Shown: piece after piece, positions 1-7,881 of the stretch
Position numbering within the stretch: position 1 is the first letter of the stretch
How the letters are laid out: the number at the start of each line of letters is the position of its first letter
DNA from: an uncultured Sterolibacterium sp.
GTDB lineage: Bacteria > Pseudomonadota > Gammaproteobacteria > Burkholderiales > Rhodocyclaceae
Assembly: GCA_903832735.1 (NCBI GenBank)
Contig: CAILCO010000065.1
Coordinates: 1,350 to 33,349 of the forward strand
Length of the DNA stretch: 32,000 nucleotides
Reading direction: 5' to 3'
Translations under genes and position numbers: made by a program
Notes under the pieces: generated by a model
Seen by the model: the letters and a program-made list of their open reading frames with translations, nothing else
What the model was told of the DNA's origin: nothing
Database searches by the model: none

Positions 1-1
1 G

Positions 2-1576
2 GTCAACAAGCCGGTCGCCAATCCCATCCACGCCTTGATTGCCGCCGGGCAGGCCCAGGGTAGCCTGCGCTACACCGCCGTCACCGACGGCGTCGATCGC
101 TTGTTCGCCTTCAGACGTGTGCCCGACTATCCGTTCTACTTCACCGTCGGCCTGGCCACGGCTGACTTCTTCGCCGACTGGCGACGCCAGGCGACGATCG
201 CCTCCGTGGTCGCCCTGTTCACCCTGATCCTGTTTTCCGGCCTGCTCTTCAACCTGTCGCGCGCCCGCATCCGGGAAGCCGAAAATGCCCGACGCATCGA
301 AGAGCGGGAGCTTGAATTCCGCAACCACAGCAGAAAGACAGAAGAGGAACTGCGCGAAGCGGTGAACGCCGCCGAGGTGGCGAATCTGGCGAAATCGGCT
401 TTCCTCGCCGGCATGTCGCACGAGATCCGCACGCCCCTGAATGGCGTGCTCGGCATGGCGCAGGTACTGCTGATGCCCGGGACCACGGAGCAGGAGCGGC
501 TGGAGTGCGCCCGGACCATCCTCAATTCCGGCCAGACCCTGCTCTCCATCCTCAACGACATCCTCGACCTGTCGAAGGTCGAGGCGGGCAAGTTGGAGTT
601 GCTGCCGTCCGCTTTCGATCCGCGCCAGTGCCTCAGGGAGATGGCCGCGCTGTTCGCCGAGGCGGCCCACGCCAAGGGGCTTTCGCTTGAGGCCGAGTGG
701 CTGGGTGTCGTTGGCAGCCGCTACCGGGCCGACGCCATCCGCGTCGGGCAGATGTTGGCCAATCTGGTGAACAACGCGATCAAATTCACCCAACAGGGCT
801 ACATCCACGTGGCCGCCCGCGAGGTCGAGCAGAATGGCAATGTCGCGCTGCTCGAGTTCGCCGTCAGGGACAGCGGCATCGGAATTTCGCCCGACCAGCA
901 ATCGCGCCTGTTCCAGCCTTTCTCCCAGGTTGACGATTCGGATACCCGGCAATTCGGCGGCACGGGTCTCGGGCTTTCTATCGTCCGTCGCCTGGCTCAG
1001 TTGATGGGCGGCGATGTCGGCATAGAAAGCGAGGCCGGGCGCGGCTCGACGTTCTGGTTCACCCTCAGTGCCGAGATCCTGGAAGCCGCCGACGACAGCA
1101 TCGAGCATCAGGCCCGCGTCGAGCCCGGGCGGCCGATTGCAAGCGGCGGCGGACGGTCGAAGCGGATCCTGGTGGTCGAGGACAATCCGATCAACCGGAA
1201 GGTGGTCGAGACCTTGCTGAGGAAGCTGGAGATTCAATCCGAGAGCGTCGCCAACGGTCAGGAGGCGGTGGCGGCGATCAGCGGCGGTCTGGTACCCGAC
1301 CTGATCTTCATGGACTGCCAGATGCCGGTCATGGACGGCTATGAGGCGACGCGGCAGATTCGCCGCTGGGAAAGGGCCACGCCCGGCGCGCACCTGCCCA
1401 TCATCGCCCTGACCGCCGGAGCATATGCCGAAGACCGCGAGCGCTGCCTCGCGGCGGGCATGGATGACTTCCTGGCCAAACCCATCGTCAAGGACAAACT
1501 GCTGGAGATGATAGCCCGCTGGCTGCCCGAGCCGGAAACGGCGCAACATCGGCCAACGCAGGACAGCGCTGGATAA
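2..1576 (+). CDS. Hybrid sensor histidine kinase / response regulator, 5'-partial (frame is open to the window edge; the listed TTG at 35 is not the true start)
   Basis: Periplasmic segment and a TM helix (IASVVALFTLILFSGLLFNL). H-box SHEIRTPLNGVLGM, N-box NLVNNAIKFT, G-boxes DSGIGI and GGTGLGLSIV. C-terminal receiver: ILVVEDNPINRKV, FMDCQMPVMDG, FLAKP. Confidence 0.9.
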   Translation, partial: VNKPVANPIHALIAAGQAQGSLRYTAVTDGVDRLFAFRRVPDYPFYFTVGLATADFFADWRRQATIASVVALFTLILFSGLLFNLSRARIREAENARRIEERELEFRNHSRKTEEELREAVNAAEVANLAKSAFLAGMSHEIRTPLNGVLGMAQVLLMPGTTEQERLECARTILNSGQTLLSILNDILDLSKVEAGKLELLPSAFDPRQCLREMAALFAEAAHAKGLSLEAEWLGVVGSRYRADAIRVGQMLANLVNNAIKFTQQGYIHVAAREVEQNGNVALLEFAVRDSGIGISPDQQSRLFQPFSQVDDSDTRQFGGTGLGLSIVRRLAQLMGGDVGIESEAGRGSTFWFTLSAEILEAADDSIEHQARVEPGRPIASGGGRSKRILVVEDNPINRKVVETLLRKLEIQSESVANGQEAVAAISGGLVPDLIFMDCQMPVMDGYEATRQIRRWERATPGAHLPIIALTAGAYAEDRERCLAAGMDDFLAKPIVKDKLLEMIARWLPEPETAQHRPTQDSAG

Positions 1577-1628
1577 GCCGGTCGCTGCAGCTGCTGGCTG
1601 CGAAGTCAATATTTTAGGGAAACACCCG

Positions 1629-2612
1629 ATGGCCCATTTCTTCAAGCAATTCCTGTTCGCCGCGCTGCTGGCCATCCTGTCGGGCATTGCCGGCGGCGCA
1701 TCTGCCGCCGACGATTATCCCAACCGCACCATCACCATCGTCGTGGCCTATTCGCCGGGCGGCCAGGGCGACGTCTTCGCCCGTCTGGTGGCGCGCCGGC
1801 TGACCGCCACGCTGAAGCAGGCGGTGGTGGTCGACAACAAGCCGGGTGCGACCGGCGCGATCGGCGCGCGCGCCGTCGCCTCGGCCAAGGCCGACGGCTA
1901 TACGCTGCTGCTCGGCCAGACCGGCGAAATAGTGGTCAATGCCTTCGTCTCGCCCGGCCTGAATTACAACGCGCTGAAGGAACTGCGCCCGGTCGTCCTG
2001 GTCGGCGAGTCTCCCCTGGTCCTGGTCGCACCGCTCAATGCGCCGTTCAATACGCCGCAGGAACTGATCCGGGCCGACAAGGCGCATCCGGGTTCGGTCA
2101 ACTACGCTTCCTCGGGTGTGGCCACACCGGGCCATCTGGCGGCCGCGGCGCTGGCGCTCGGGGCGAAGATGGACATGGTCCATGTCCCCTACAAGGGCGC
2201 GGCACCGGCCCTGGCCGACGTGCTCGCCGGTCATGTCCAGATGCTCTTTTCCAGCGCCGCGGCGGCTGTTCCCCAGATCCAGGGGAAACGGCTTAAGGCC
2301 ATCGCGGTGTCCACGCTCGAGCGTATCGCAACCCTGCCGAATATCCCGACGATCGCCGAAACCGTGCTGCCGGGATTCAACTACACGCTCTGGGGCGGAC
2401 TGTTCGCGCCGGCCGCCACGCCGGATGCCATCGTCATTCGCCTGAACAAGGAAGTGAATCTTCTGCTCTCGGAGCCGGCCTTCCGCGCCGAACTGGTCAA
2501 GGACGGCGTGATGCTGCGCAACAATACGCCGGCCGAGTTCGGCGAGTTCGTCCGCCAGGAAGCGCTGAAATACGAACGCTTGGTCAAGGAATCCGGGATC
2601 AAGGGCGAGTGA
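1629..2612 (+). CDS. Bug-family (TctC-like) tripartite tricarboxylate transporter substrate-binding protein
   Basis: Signal peptide MAHFFKQFLFAALLAILSGIAGGASA, then the typical Bug N-terminus DYPNRTITIVVAYSPGGQGD; about 325 aa; motif NYASSGVATPGHLAA; AGGGA RBS upstream. Confidence 0.9.
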   Translation: MAHFFKQFLFAALLAILSGIAGGASAADDYPNRTITIVVAYSPGGQGDVFARLVARRLTATLKQAVVVDNKPGATGAIGARAVASAKADGYTLLLGQTGEIVVNAFVSPGLNYNALKELRPVVLVGESPLVLVAPLNAPFNTPQELIRADKAHPGSVNYASSGVATPGHLAAAALALGAKMDMVHVPYKGAAPALADVLAGHVQMLFSSAAAAVPQIQGKRLKAIAVSTLERIATLPNIPTIAETVLPGFNYTLWGGLFAPAATPDAIVIRLNKEVNLLLSEPAFRAELVKDGVMLRNNTPAEFGEFVRQEALKYERLVKESGIKGE

Positions 2613-2662
2613 ATTCCAAAGATCATGTGTGAAGAATTATTTTCATTTCGATACGGAGCAGC

Positions 2663-3733
2663 ATGAAGATCATAGTCTTGCCGGGCGACGGCATCGGGCC
2701 GGAAACGATGGCCGCCACCGTGGCCGTGTTGCAGGCCGCGTCGGCGCGTTTCGGCTTGGCGCTGGAGCTCACGCACGATGTTGCCGGTCATGAGAGCCTG
2801 CGCCGCCATGGCGCCACGGTGACGGCGGAACTGCTGGAGAAGGTGCGCCGCGCCGACGGCCTGATGCTCGGACCGATGTCCACCTACGAGTTCAAGGACG
2901 AAGCGAAGGGGGAAATCAATCCGTCGAAATTCTTCCGCAAGAGTCTCGACCTGTTCGCCAATGTCCGTCCGGCGCGCACCTATCCGGGCATACCGGCCCG
3001 CCTGGCGGGGGCCGGAAGCTTCGACCTGGTAGTCGTTCGGGAGAATACCGAGGGCTTCTATTCCGACCGCAATGTCGAGTCCGGCGGCAGCGAGATGCTC
3101 ATCACGCCCGACGTGGTGATCTCCTTGCGCCGGATCACGCGGCTTTGCTGCGAGCGCATCGCGCGAACGGCCTTCGACCTGGCGATGACCCGGCGCCGCC
3201 ATGTCACCATCGTGCATAAGGCGAACGTCCTGAAGATCGGCGACGGCATGTTCATCGACATCTGCCATGCCGTGGCCCGCGATTATCCGGAGGTTGTGGT
3301 CGACGATTTCATCGTCGATGCGATGATGGCCCATGTAGTGCGCGATCCGGGCCGCTTCGACGTGATCGTCACGACCAACATGTTCGGCGACATTCTCTCG
3401 GATCTGACCGCCGAACTGTCGGGCAGCTTAGGCCTGGGCGGTTCGCTCAATTCCGCCGCGGACCATGCGATGGGCCAGGCGGCACACGGCTCGGCGCCGG
3501 ACATCGCGGGACAGGACAGCGCCAATCCGTTTTCCCTGATCCTCTCGGCCGGCATGTTGCTCGGCTGGTTTGGCCAACGTCACGGCAAGGCTCAATTTCT
3601 CGCTGCCCGGAGGGCATTGGAAGGCGCCGTCGCCGAGGCCATCGCCGCGGGAGAGGCTACCCGCGACGTCGGCGGCCGCCTCGGCACGCGCGCCGCCGGG
3701 CAGGCGCTGGCGCAACGGCTTGCCCGGGGCTGA
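2663..3733 (+). CDS. Isocitrate/isopropylmalate dehydrogenase family oxidative decarboxylase (tartrate/D-malate/3-isopropylmalate dehydrogenase-like)
   Basis: N-terminus MKIIVLPGDGIGPE, VRENTEGFYS, TTNMFGDILSDL, GSAPDIAGQ: hallmark motifs of the beta-decarboxylating dehydrogenase family. GGAG RBS. Confidence 0.88.
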   Translation: MKIIVLPGDGIGPETMAATVAVLQAASARFGLALELTHDVAGHESLRRHGATVTAELLEKVRRADGLMLGPMSTYEFKDEAKGEINPSKFFRKSLDLFANVRPARTYPGIPARLAGAGSFDLVVVRENTEGFYSDRNVESGGSEMLITPDVVISLRRITRLCCERIARTAFDLAMTRRRHVTIVHKANVLKIGDGMFIDICHAVARDYPEVVVDDFIVDAMMAHVVRDPGRFDVIVTTNMFGDILSDLTAELSGSLGLGGSLNSAADHAMGQAAHGSAPDIAGQDSANPFSLILSAGMLLGWFGQRHGKAQFLAARRALEGAVAEAIAAGEATRDVGGRLGTRAAGQALAQRLARG

Positions 3734-3739
3734 ATCGAC

Positions 3740-4819
3740 TTACGTGCGCAGGTTCGGCAGGATCCGCAGCGCGTTGTCGCGCTCGATCAGCTTCAATTCG
3801 GGCGCGGTGAAGATGCCGGCCAGCCCTTTCACATGCTCCTCGGAAGTGCGATAGGGATAATCGGTGCCGAAGAGAATCTGCGAGGTTGCGACCATACGGC
3901 TCAATGCCGCCATGTTGATCGGATTGGCGACCTGGGCGGTGTCGTAATAGAAGCGCCTGATCTCGGCCATCACGCTCTCGCCGGTGAAACCTCTGGCCTT
4001 GAACGAGGGCAATGACACCACCCAGGTGGTGAACCGGTCGGAGATCGCGGAGAGGGTGCCGCCGCCGTGTGAGAAGATGAAGTTGATGTCGCGGTACTTG
4101 GCCGAAGTGCCGGAGAAGATCAGGCTGGCGATGGTCCGGGCGGTATCGGTGGCCCACTCGATCACTCCCGTCGGCACACCGACGGAAAGGTTCACGCAAC
4201 AGGCCGGTTCGTTGGGATGGGTGTAGGCGGTGGCGCGGCGCCGGTTGAGTTCCTCCATCACCGGCGCGAAGGCCTTGTCGCCGAGAAACTTGTCGCCGTA
4301 GCTGGTCATGAAAGCAACCCCGTCGCATTTCAGCACGTCGAAGGCGTAGGCGATTTCCTTCAGCGTCTCGTCCACATGCGGCATCGGCAGCAGCGCGAAC
4401 ATGCCGAAGCGACCGGGATGATCCTGGGTGAGGGTGCGGGCATAGTCGTTCGAGGCGCGGGCGACGTCGGCCGCCTCTTTCGGGCCGAGGAAGCCCACCG
4501 CCGGCAGGGTTGGCGAGGTGATGGCGGTGGCCACGCCGGCGCGGTCCATGTCGTCGAGCGAACGCTGCAGCGTCCAGTTGTTCACCGGCGGCGAGTCGAG
4601 CTTGGCCTTCTTCAGCGCGGCGACCCAGACCGGCGGGGAGATGTGGTGGTGCACGTCGATGCGGTGGGGCCGGACCAGGTCCGCGGCCAATACCGGACCG
4701 CTGGCCGCGAGTGTAGCCACGGTGCCCACGGCGCCCGCCGCACCGATGGCGCTCATGGCGCCGAGAAATCCGCGCCGGCCGGTGTTGGTGCCCGGATGAC
4801 AATCGCAATTCAGATGCAT
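3740..4819 (-). CDS. Amidohydrolase_2 (ACMSD/PF04909-like) metal-dependent hydrolase/decarboxylase with a twin-arginine (Tat) signal peptide
   Basis: N-terminus GRRGFLGAMSAIGAAGAVGTVATLAASGPVLAAD (RRxFL Tat motif plus h-region). Metal ligand motifs DVHHH, SHGGG, GTDYPY. Confidence 0.85.
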   Translation of the reverse strand: MHLNCDCHPGTNTGRRGFLGAMSAIGAAGAVGTVATLAASGPVLAADLVRPHRIDVHHHISPPVWVAALKKAKLDSPPVNNWTLQRSLDDMDRAGVATAITSPTLPAVGFLGPKEAADVARASNDYARTLTQDHPGRFGMFALLPMPHVDETLKEIAYAFDVLKCDGVAFMTSYGDKFLGDKAFAPVMEELNRRRATAYTHPNEPACCVNLSVGVPTGVIEWATDTARTIASLIFSGTSAKYRDINFIFSHGGGTLSAISDRFTTWVVSLPSFKARGFTGESVMAEIRRFYYDTAQVANPINMAALSRMVATSQILFGTDYPYRTSEEHVKGLAGIFTAPELKLIERDNALRILPNLRT

Positions 4820-4996
4820 GCTGTTACCCCTCCGATGTTGGTAAGAAATCCCTTAGGCGCGCCGTCTGCAGGCTTCTTCGGCCAGGCTCCGGCGCAGCGC
4901 GCAGCTTACTATAGTGGCTTTGGATTTGGAGTATATTGTGCGCCTGGCAAATTTCCTTGTGCCCGAACAACCGAACAATTTCATGGGATGAACAAT

Positions 4997-6079
4997 ATGT
5001 CGCTGCTCTTTTCCGCAACCCGGCTGGGTTCTCTGACGCTGCAGAATCGTCTGGTCATGGCGCCGATGACGCGCAATCGTTCCATCGGCAATCTGCCCAA
5101 CGATTCCGTGGTGCAGTATTACGCGCAACGGGCCAGCGCGGGTCTGATCATCACGGAAGGTACCTCGCCTGCAGCCAATGGTCTGGGTTACGCGCGGATC
5201 CCCGGGATTTTCTCCGCGGCGCAAGTGGCCGAATGGAAGCGCGTAACCGATGCCGTGCACGCCAAGGGCGCGAAGATTTTCATGCAGTTCATGCATTGTG
5301 GGCGCATTGGTCATCCGCTCAATCTGCCGGCCGGGGCTCGCCTTCTGGGACCTTCGGCGATCGCTGCCGCAGGGCAGATCCACACCGATGCCGAGGGGAT
5401 GAAGGCCCACCCCGTTCCCGAGGCCATGACCGAGGCGGATCTCAAGTCGACCAAAGAGGAATTTGTCCAGGCGGCTAAGAATACCCTGGCGGCCGGCTTC
5501 GACGGCGTCGAACTGCACGGCGCGAATGGCTACCTGCTCGAACAGTTCATCCGTCCGAACTCGAACCAGCGCACCGATCAGTATGGCGGTCCGATCGAGA
5601 ACCGGGCGCGCTTTGTCCTCGAGGTGGTCGATGCGGTGATCGCGGCGATCGGCCGCGACAAGGTAGGTATCCGGCTGTCGCCTTCAGGCGTGTTCAACGA
5701 TATGGCGCCCCTAGCCCTGGACGCGATGGAGGCGGACTACACCTATCTTGCGGAACAATTGAATGCCCGTGGGGTGCTCTACATCCACCTGGTCGACCAT
5801 TCGGCCATGGGCGCGCCGCCGGTACCCGAGTCATTGCGGGCAAAGCTTCGGAGTGTGTTCAAGGGAGCCTTGATCTTTGTCGGCAACTACGACGCCGCCC
5901 GGGCCGAGAGCGATCTGGCCGCGGGCAAGTGCGACCTGATCGCCGTGGGTCGTCAGTTCCTCGCCAACCCGGATCTGCCGGCCCGCTGGAAAGCCGGCGC
6001 GGCGCTGAATGCGCCGGACTTTTCGACTTTCTATGCGGCTGGAGAGAAGGGCTATACCGACTATCCGGCGCTGGGATAA
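4997..6079 (+). CDS. Old Yellow Enzyme family NADH:flavin oxidoreductase / alkene reductase (NemA-like)
   Basis: MSLLFSATRLGSLTLQNRLVMAPMTRNRS, ITEGT, HCGR, ELHGANGYLLEQFIRPNSNQRTDQYGG, VGRQFLANPDLP. An alternative in-frame ATG lies at 4988. The 620-aa track ORF from 4217 is an upstream extension antisense to the previous gene. Confidence 0.88.
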   Translation: MSLLFSATRLGSLTLQNRLVMAPMTRNRSIGNLPNDSVVQYYAQRASAGLIITEGTSPAANGLGYARIPGIFSAAQVAEWKRVTDAVHAKGAKIFMQFMHCGRIGHPLNLPAGARLLGPSAIAAAGQIHTDAEGMKAHPVPEAMTEADLKSTKEEFVQAAKNTLAAGFDGVELHGANGYLLEQFIRPNSNQRTDQYGGPIENRARFVLEVVDAVIAAIGRDKVGIRLSPSGVFNDMAPLALDAMEADYTYLAEQLNARGVLYIHLVDHSAMGAPPVPESLRAKLRSVFKGALIFVGNYDAARAESDLAAGKCDLIAVGRQFLANPDLPARWKAGAALNAPDFSTFYAAGEKGYTDYPALG

Positions 6080-6089
6080 TCCTACACAC

Positions 6090-6116
6090 CTGACAGCCGG
6101 TCCTGCCGGCTGTCAG
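6090..6116. terminator. Perfect 11-bp inverted repeat between convergent genes (possible bidirectional terminator)
   Basis: CTGACAGCCGG-tcctg-CCGGCTGTCAG lies between the OYE stop (6079) and the Bug stop (6113-6115) and overlaps the latter. There is no clear U-tract. Confidence 0.4.
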
Positions 6117-7075
6117 TCCATGGTCTTGATGTTGCTAGCCTTGGCCACCGCGCTCCAGCGCGCGATGTCCGAGGCGATTATCTTGGCGAATTCCTCGGAG
6201 GTCGATCCCGCCGGGGTGACATTGATCGAGTTCATGCGCTCCTGCATCTCCGGCAGTCTGACGATGCGCTGGACTTCGCCCTCGAGTTTCTTGACGATCG
6301 CCGGCGGCGTTCCCGCCGGTGCGAGCAGTCCGCCCCAATACTGGATTTCCAGGTCGGAATAGCCGATCTCGGTCATTGTCGGTACGTTCGGCATCGAACT
6401 TAACCGGCCGTGCGAAGTGACCGCCAGGGCGCGCAATTTGCCGCCCGCGAGCAGGGCGGCGGCCGGGCCGGTGTCGGCCATGGCCAGGAGTACGTCGCCC
6501 CCGAGGATCGCGGTGATCGCCTCGTTGCTGCCCTTGTACTGTATGAATTCGGCCTGGGTACCGGTCTTGATCTTGAACAGTTCGGATGCGAACTGGAAGG
6601 CCGGGCCCGAGCCGGAATAGTTGGACTTGTCCGGATGGGCCTTCATGTAGGCGACCAGTTCCTTCACGTTCTGGAAGGGCTGCGCCGGATTGACCACCAG
6701 GACCAGCGGGAAGGTCGCGATCATCGAGATCGGCGCGAAATCGCGCTGCGGCGAATATGGCAGCTTGGTGTAGAGAATCGGGTTGAATACCAGGTTACCG
6801 GTGGGCGAGAGCAGCAGGGTGTAGCCGTCGGCGGGCGCCTTGGCGACGAAGCTGGTGGCGATGATCCCGGCGGCCCCGGCTTTGTTCTCGACGATCACCG
6901 GCTGACCCAGGCTCTGCGACAGTCTCTGGCCGACCAGTCGTGCCAGGGTGTCCATGCCGCCGCCGGCAGCTTGTCCGACGATGATATGGATAGGCTTGTT
7001 CGGATAGCTTTGAGCCATTGCCGGCGGGGCTGCGATGCAGACCAAGGCGAGCGCGGCGAGGATGCGAAAGCGCAT
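6113..7075 (-). CDS. Bug-family (TctC-like) tripartite tricarboxylate transporter substrate-binding protein
   Basis: MRFRILAALALVCIAAPPAMA signal peptide, then SYPNKPIHIIVGQAAGGGMD. AGGAG lies 6 nt upstream of the ATG at 7075; the track start at 7108 has no RBS. Confidence 0.88.
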   Translation of the reverse strand: MRFRILAALALVCIAAPPAMAQSYPNKPIHIIVGQAAGGGMDTLARLVGQRLSQSLGQPVIVENKAGAAGIIATSFVAKAPADGYTLLLSPTGNLVFNPILYTKLPYSPQRDFAPISMIATFPLVLVVNPAQPFQNVKELVAYMKAHPDKSNYSGSGPAFQFASELFKIKTGTQAEFIQYKGSNEAITAILGGDVLLAMADTGPAAALLAGGKLRALAVTSHGRLSSMPNVPTMTEIGYSDLEIQYWGGLLAPAGTPPAIVKKLEGEVQRIVRLPEMQERMNSINVTPAGSTSEEFAKIIASDIARWSAVAKASNIKTMD

Positions 7076-7284
7076 AACGACTCCTAGAGGGTGTTCTCGA
7101 TTGAGCAATGATCATCCGGCTCGGATGGTACCGCGCCGTCCCGGCTTTGTCGAAGTCGGGCAAGGTCTGCAACTGGAGTCACCCCTTTCATTGGGGCGAG
7201 ACAGGGAATTCGACGAGCGCCGCACGCCGCCTGTCGAGCGACGCAGCGTAGCGGAGGCTCCGGGGCTGGGGGGAAGGTAGTTGG

Positions 7285-7313
7285 AAAAAAGGCAACCGTA
7301 TCTGGTTGCCTTT
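7285..7313 (-). terminator. Rho-independent terminator of the small minus-strand gene
   Basis: Minus-strand reading: AAAGGCAACC-agatac-GGTTGCCTTTTTT, a 10-bp stem followed by a T-run, about 35 nt after the stop at 7348. Confidence 0.6.
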
Positions 7314-7347
7314 CTGGACGGCTGTTATCAACAGGAAACTGCTGGTC

Positions 7348-7599
7348 TTAGTACCAACGGCTACGCGCGTATTGCAAATTTTCAACGCGCCGCTCGAGAT
7401 CCGCATTGTCGGTCGCTTGCGCCAGGTAGGCTTCGTCAAAGTTGATAGGACGGAGGTATTCAACCAAATCCTGGCCGTTGACCGGCCAGTCGTTGCGCGC
7501 CGCATGCATCCAGTCGGCAATGCGGCCCATGACGGTCGTGAACAAACGGGGCACCGGAGCGCCCGGGTATAGGTCGGGGGAGTTGAACGGGGTGGCCAT
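7348..7599 (-). CDS. Small hypothetical protein (83 aa) with a DUF3563-like C-terminal motif
   Basis: ATG at 7599 is preceded by AAGGA (revcomp of tcctt at 7606-7610). Product is MATPFNSPDLYPG...EAYLAQATDNADLERRVENLQYARSRWY. It has its own terminator. The motif assignment is from memory of Burkholderiales DUF3563 proteins. Confidence 0.6.
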   Translation of the reverse strand: MATPFNSPDLYPGAPVPRLFTTVMGRIADWMHAARNDWPVNGQDLVEYLRPINFDEAYLAQATDNADLERRVENLQYARSRWY

Positions 7600-7629
7600 G
7601 ATCGTTCCTTTTCTCAATAAACTGGCTTC

Positions 7630-7658
7630 ACTATATTGAGAATTGCTGCAATGCACAA
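7630..7658 (-). promoter_or_regulatory. Putative sigma70 promoter for the small gene
   Basis: Minus strand: TTGTGC (7658-7653), 17 nt spacer, TATAGT (7635-7630), about 30 nt upstream of the ATG and inside the AT-rich patch. Confidence 0.3.
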
Positions 7659-7881
7659 ATGATAATTTTACAGCCACACATTAGCTTTGATCATGCATGT
7701 AACTTAAACCATTAACTAGATAAGTCTTATTAATAATTGATAGACAATAATAAACAATAGCGTTCGTAGCAATTTTACTCCTCTTGCTTTGTCTCGACGG
7801 GAAAATCATGCTGTCCTATTGACCATGCTTCCGGGTACGGAGGAACATCCGGATAGACCAGACCAATGGGGGACGAGGTGG

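Noticed and set aside
3657-4808. Alternative-frame ORFs around the amidohydrolase/OYE genes (3657-4808 minus, the 4217-6079 plus N-terminal extension, 4853-5518 minus) and similar ones elsewhere (21887-22843, 23328-24296, 27325-28323, 31241-31921).
   Set aside because: These are Arg/Pro/Gly-rich translations that overlap well-supported genes on the other strand or frame. For 4217-6079, only the part from about 4988/4997 shows OYE motifs. The 31241-31921 ORF is antisense to the PQQ dehydrogenase.
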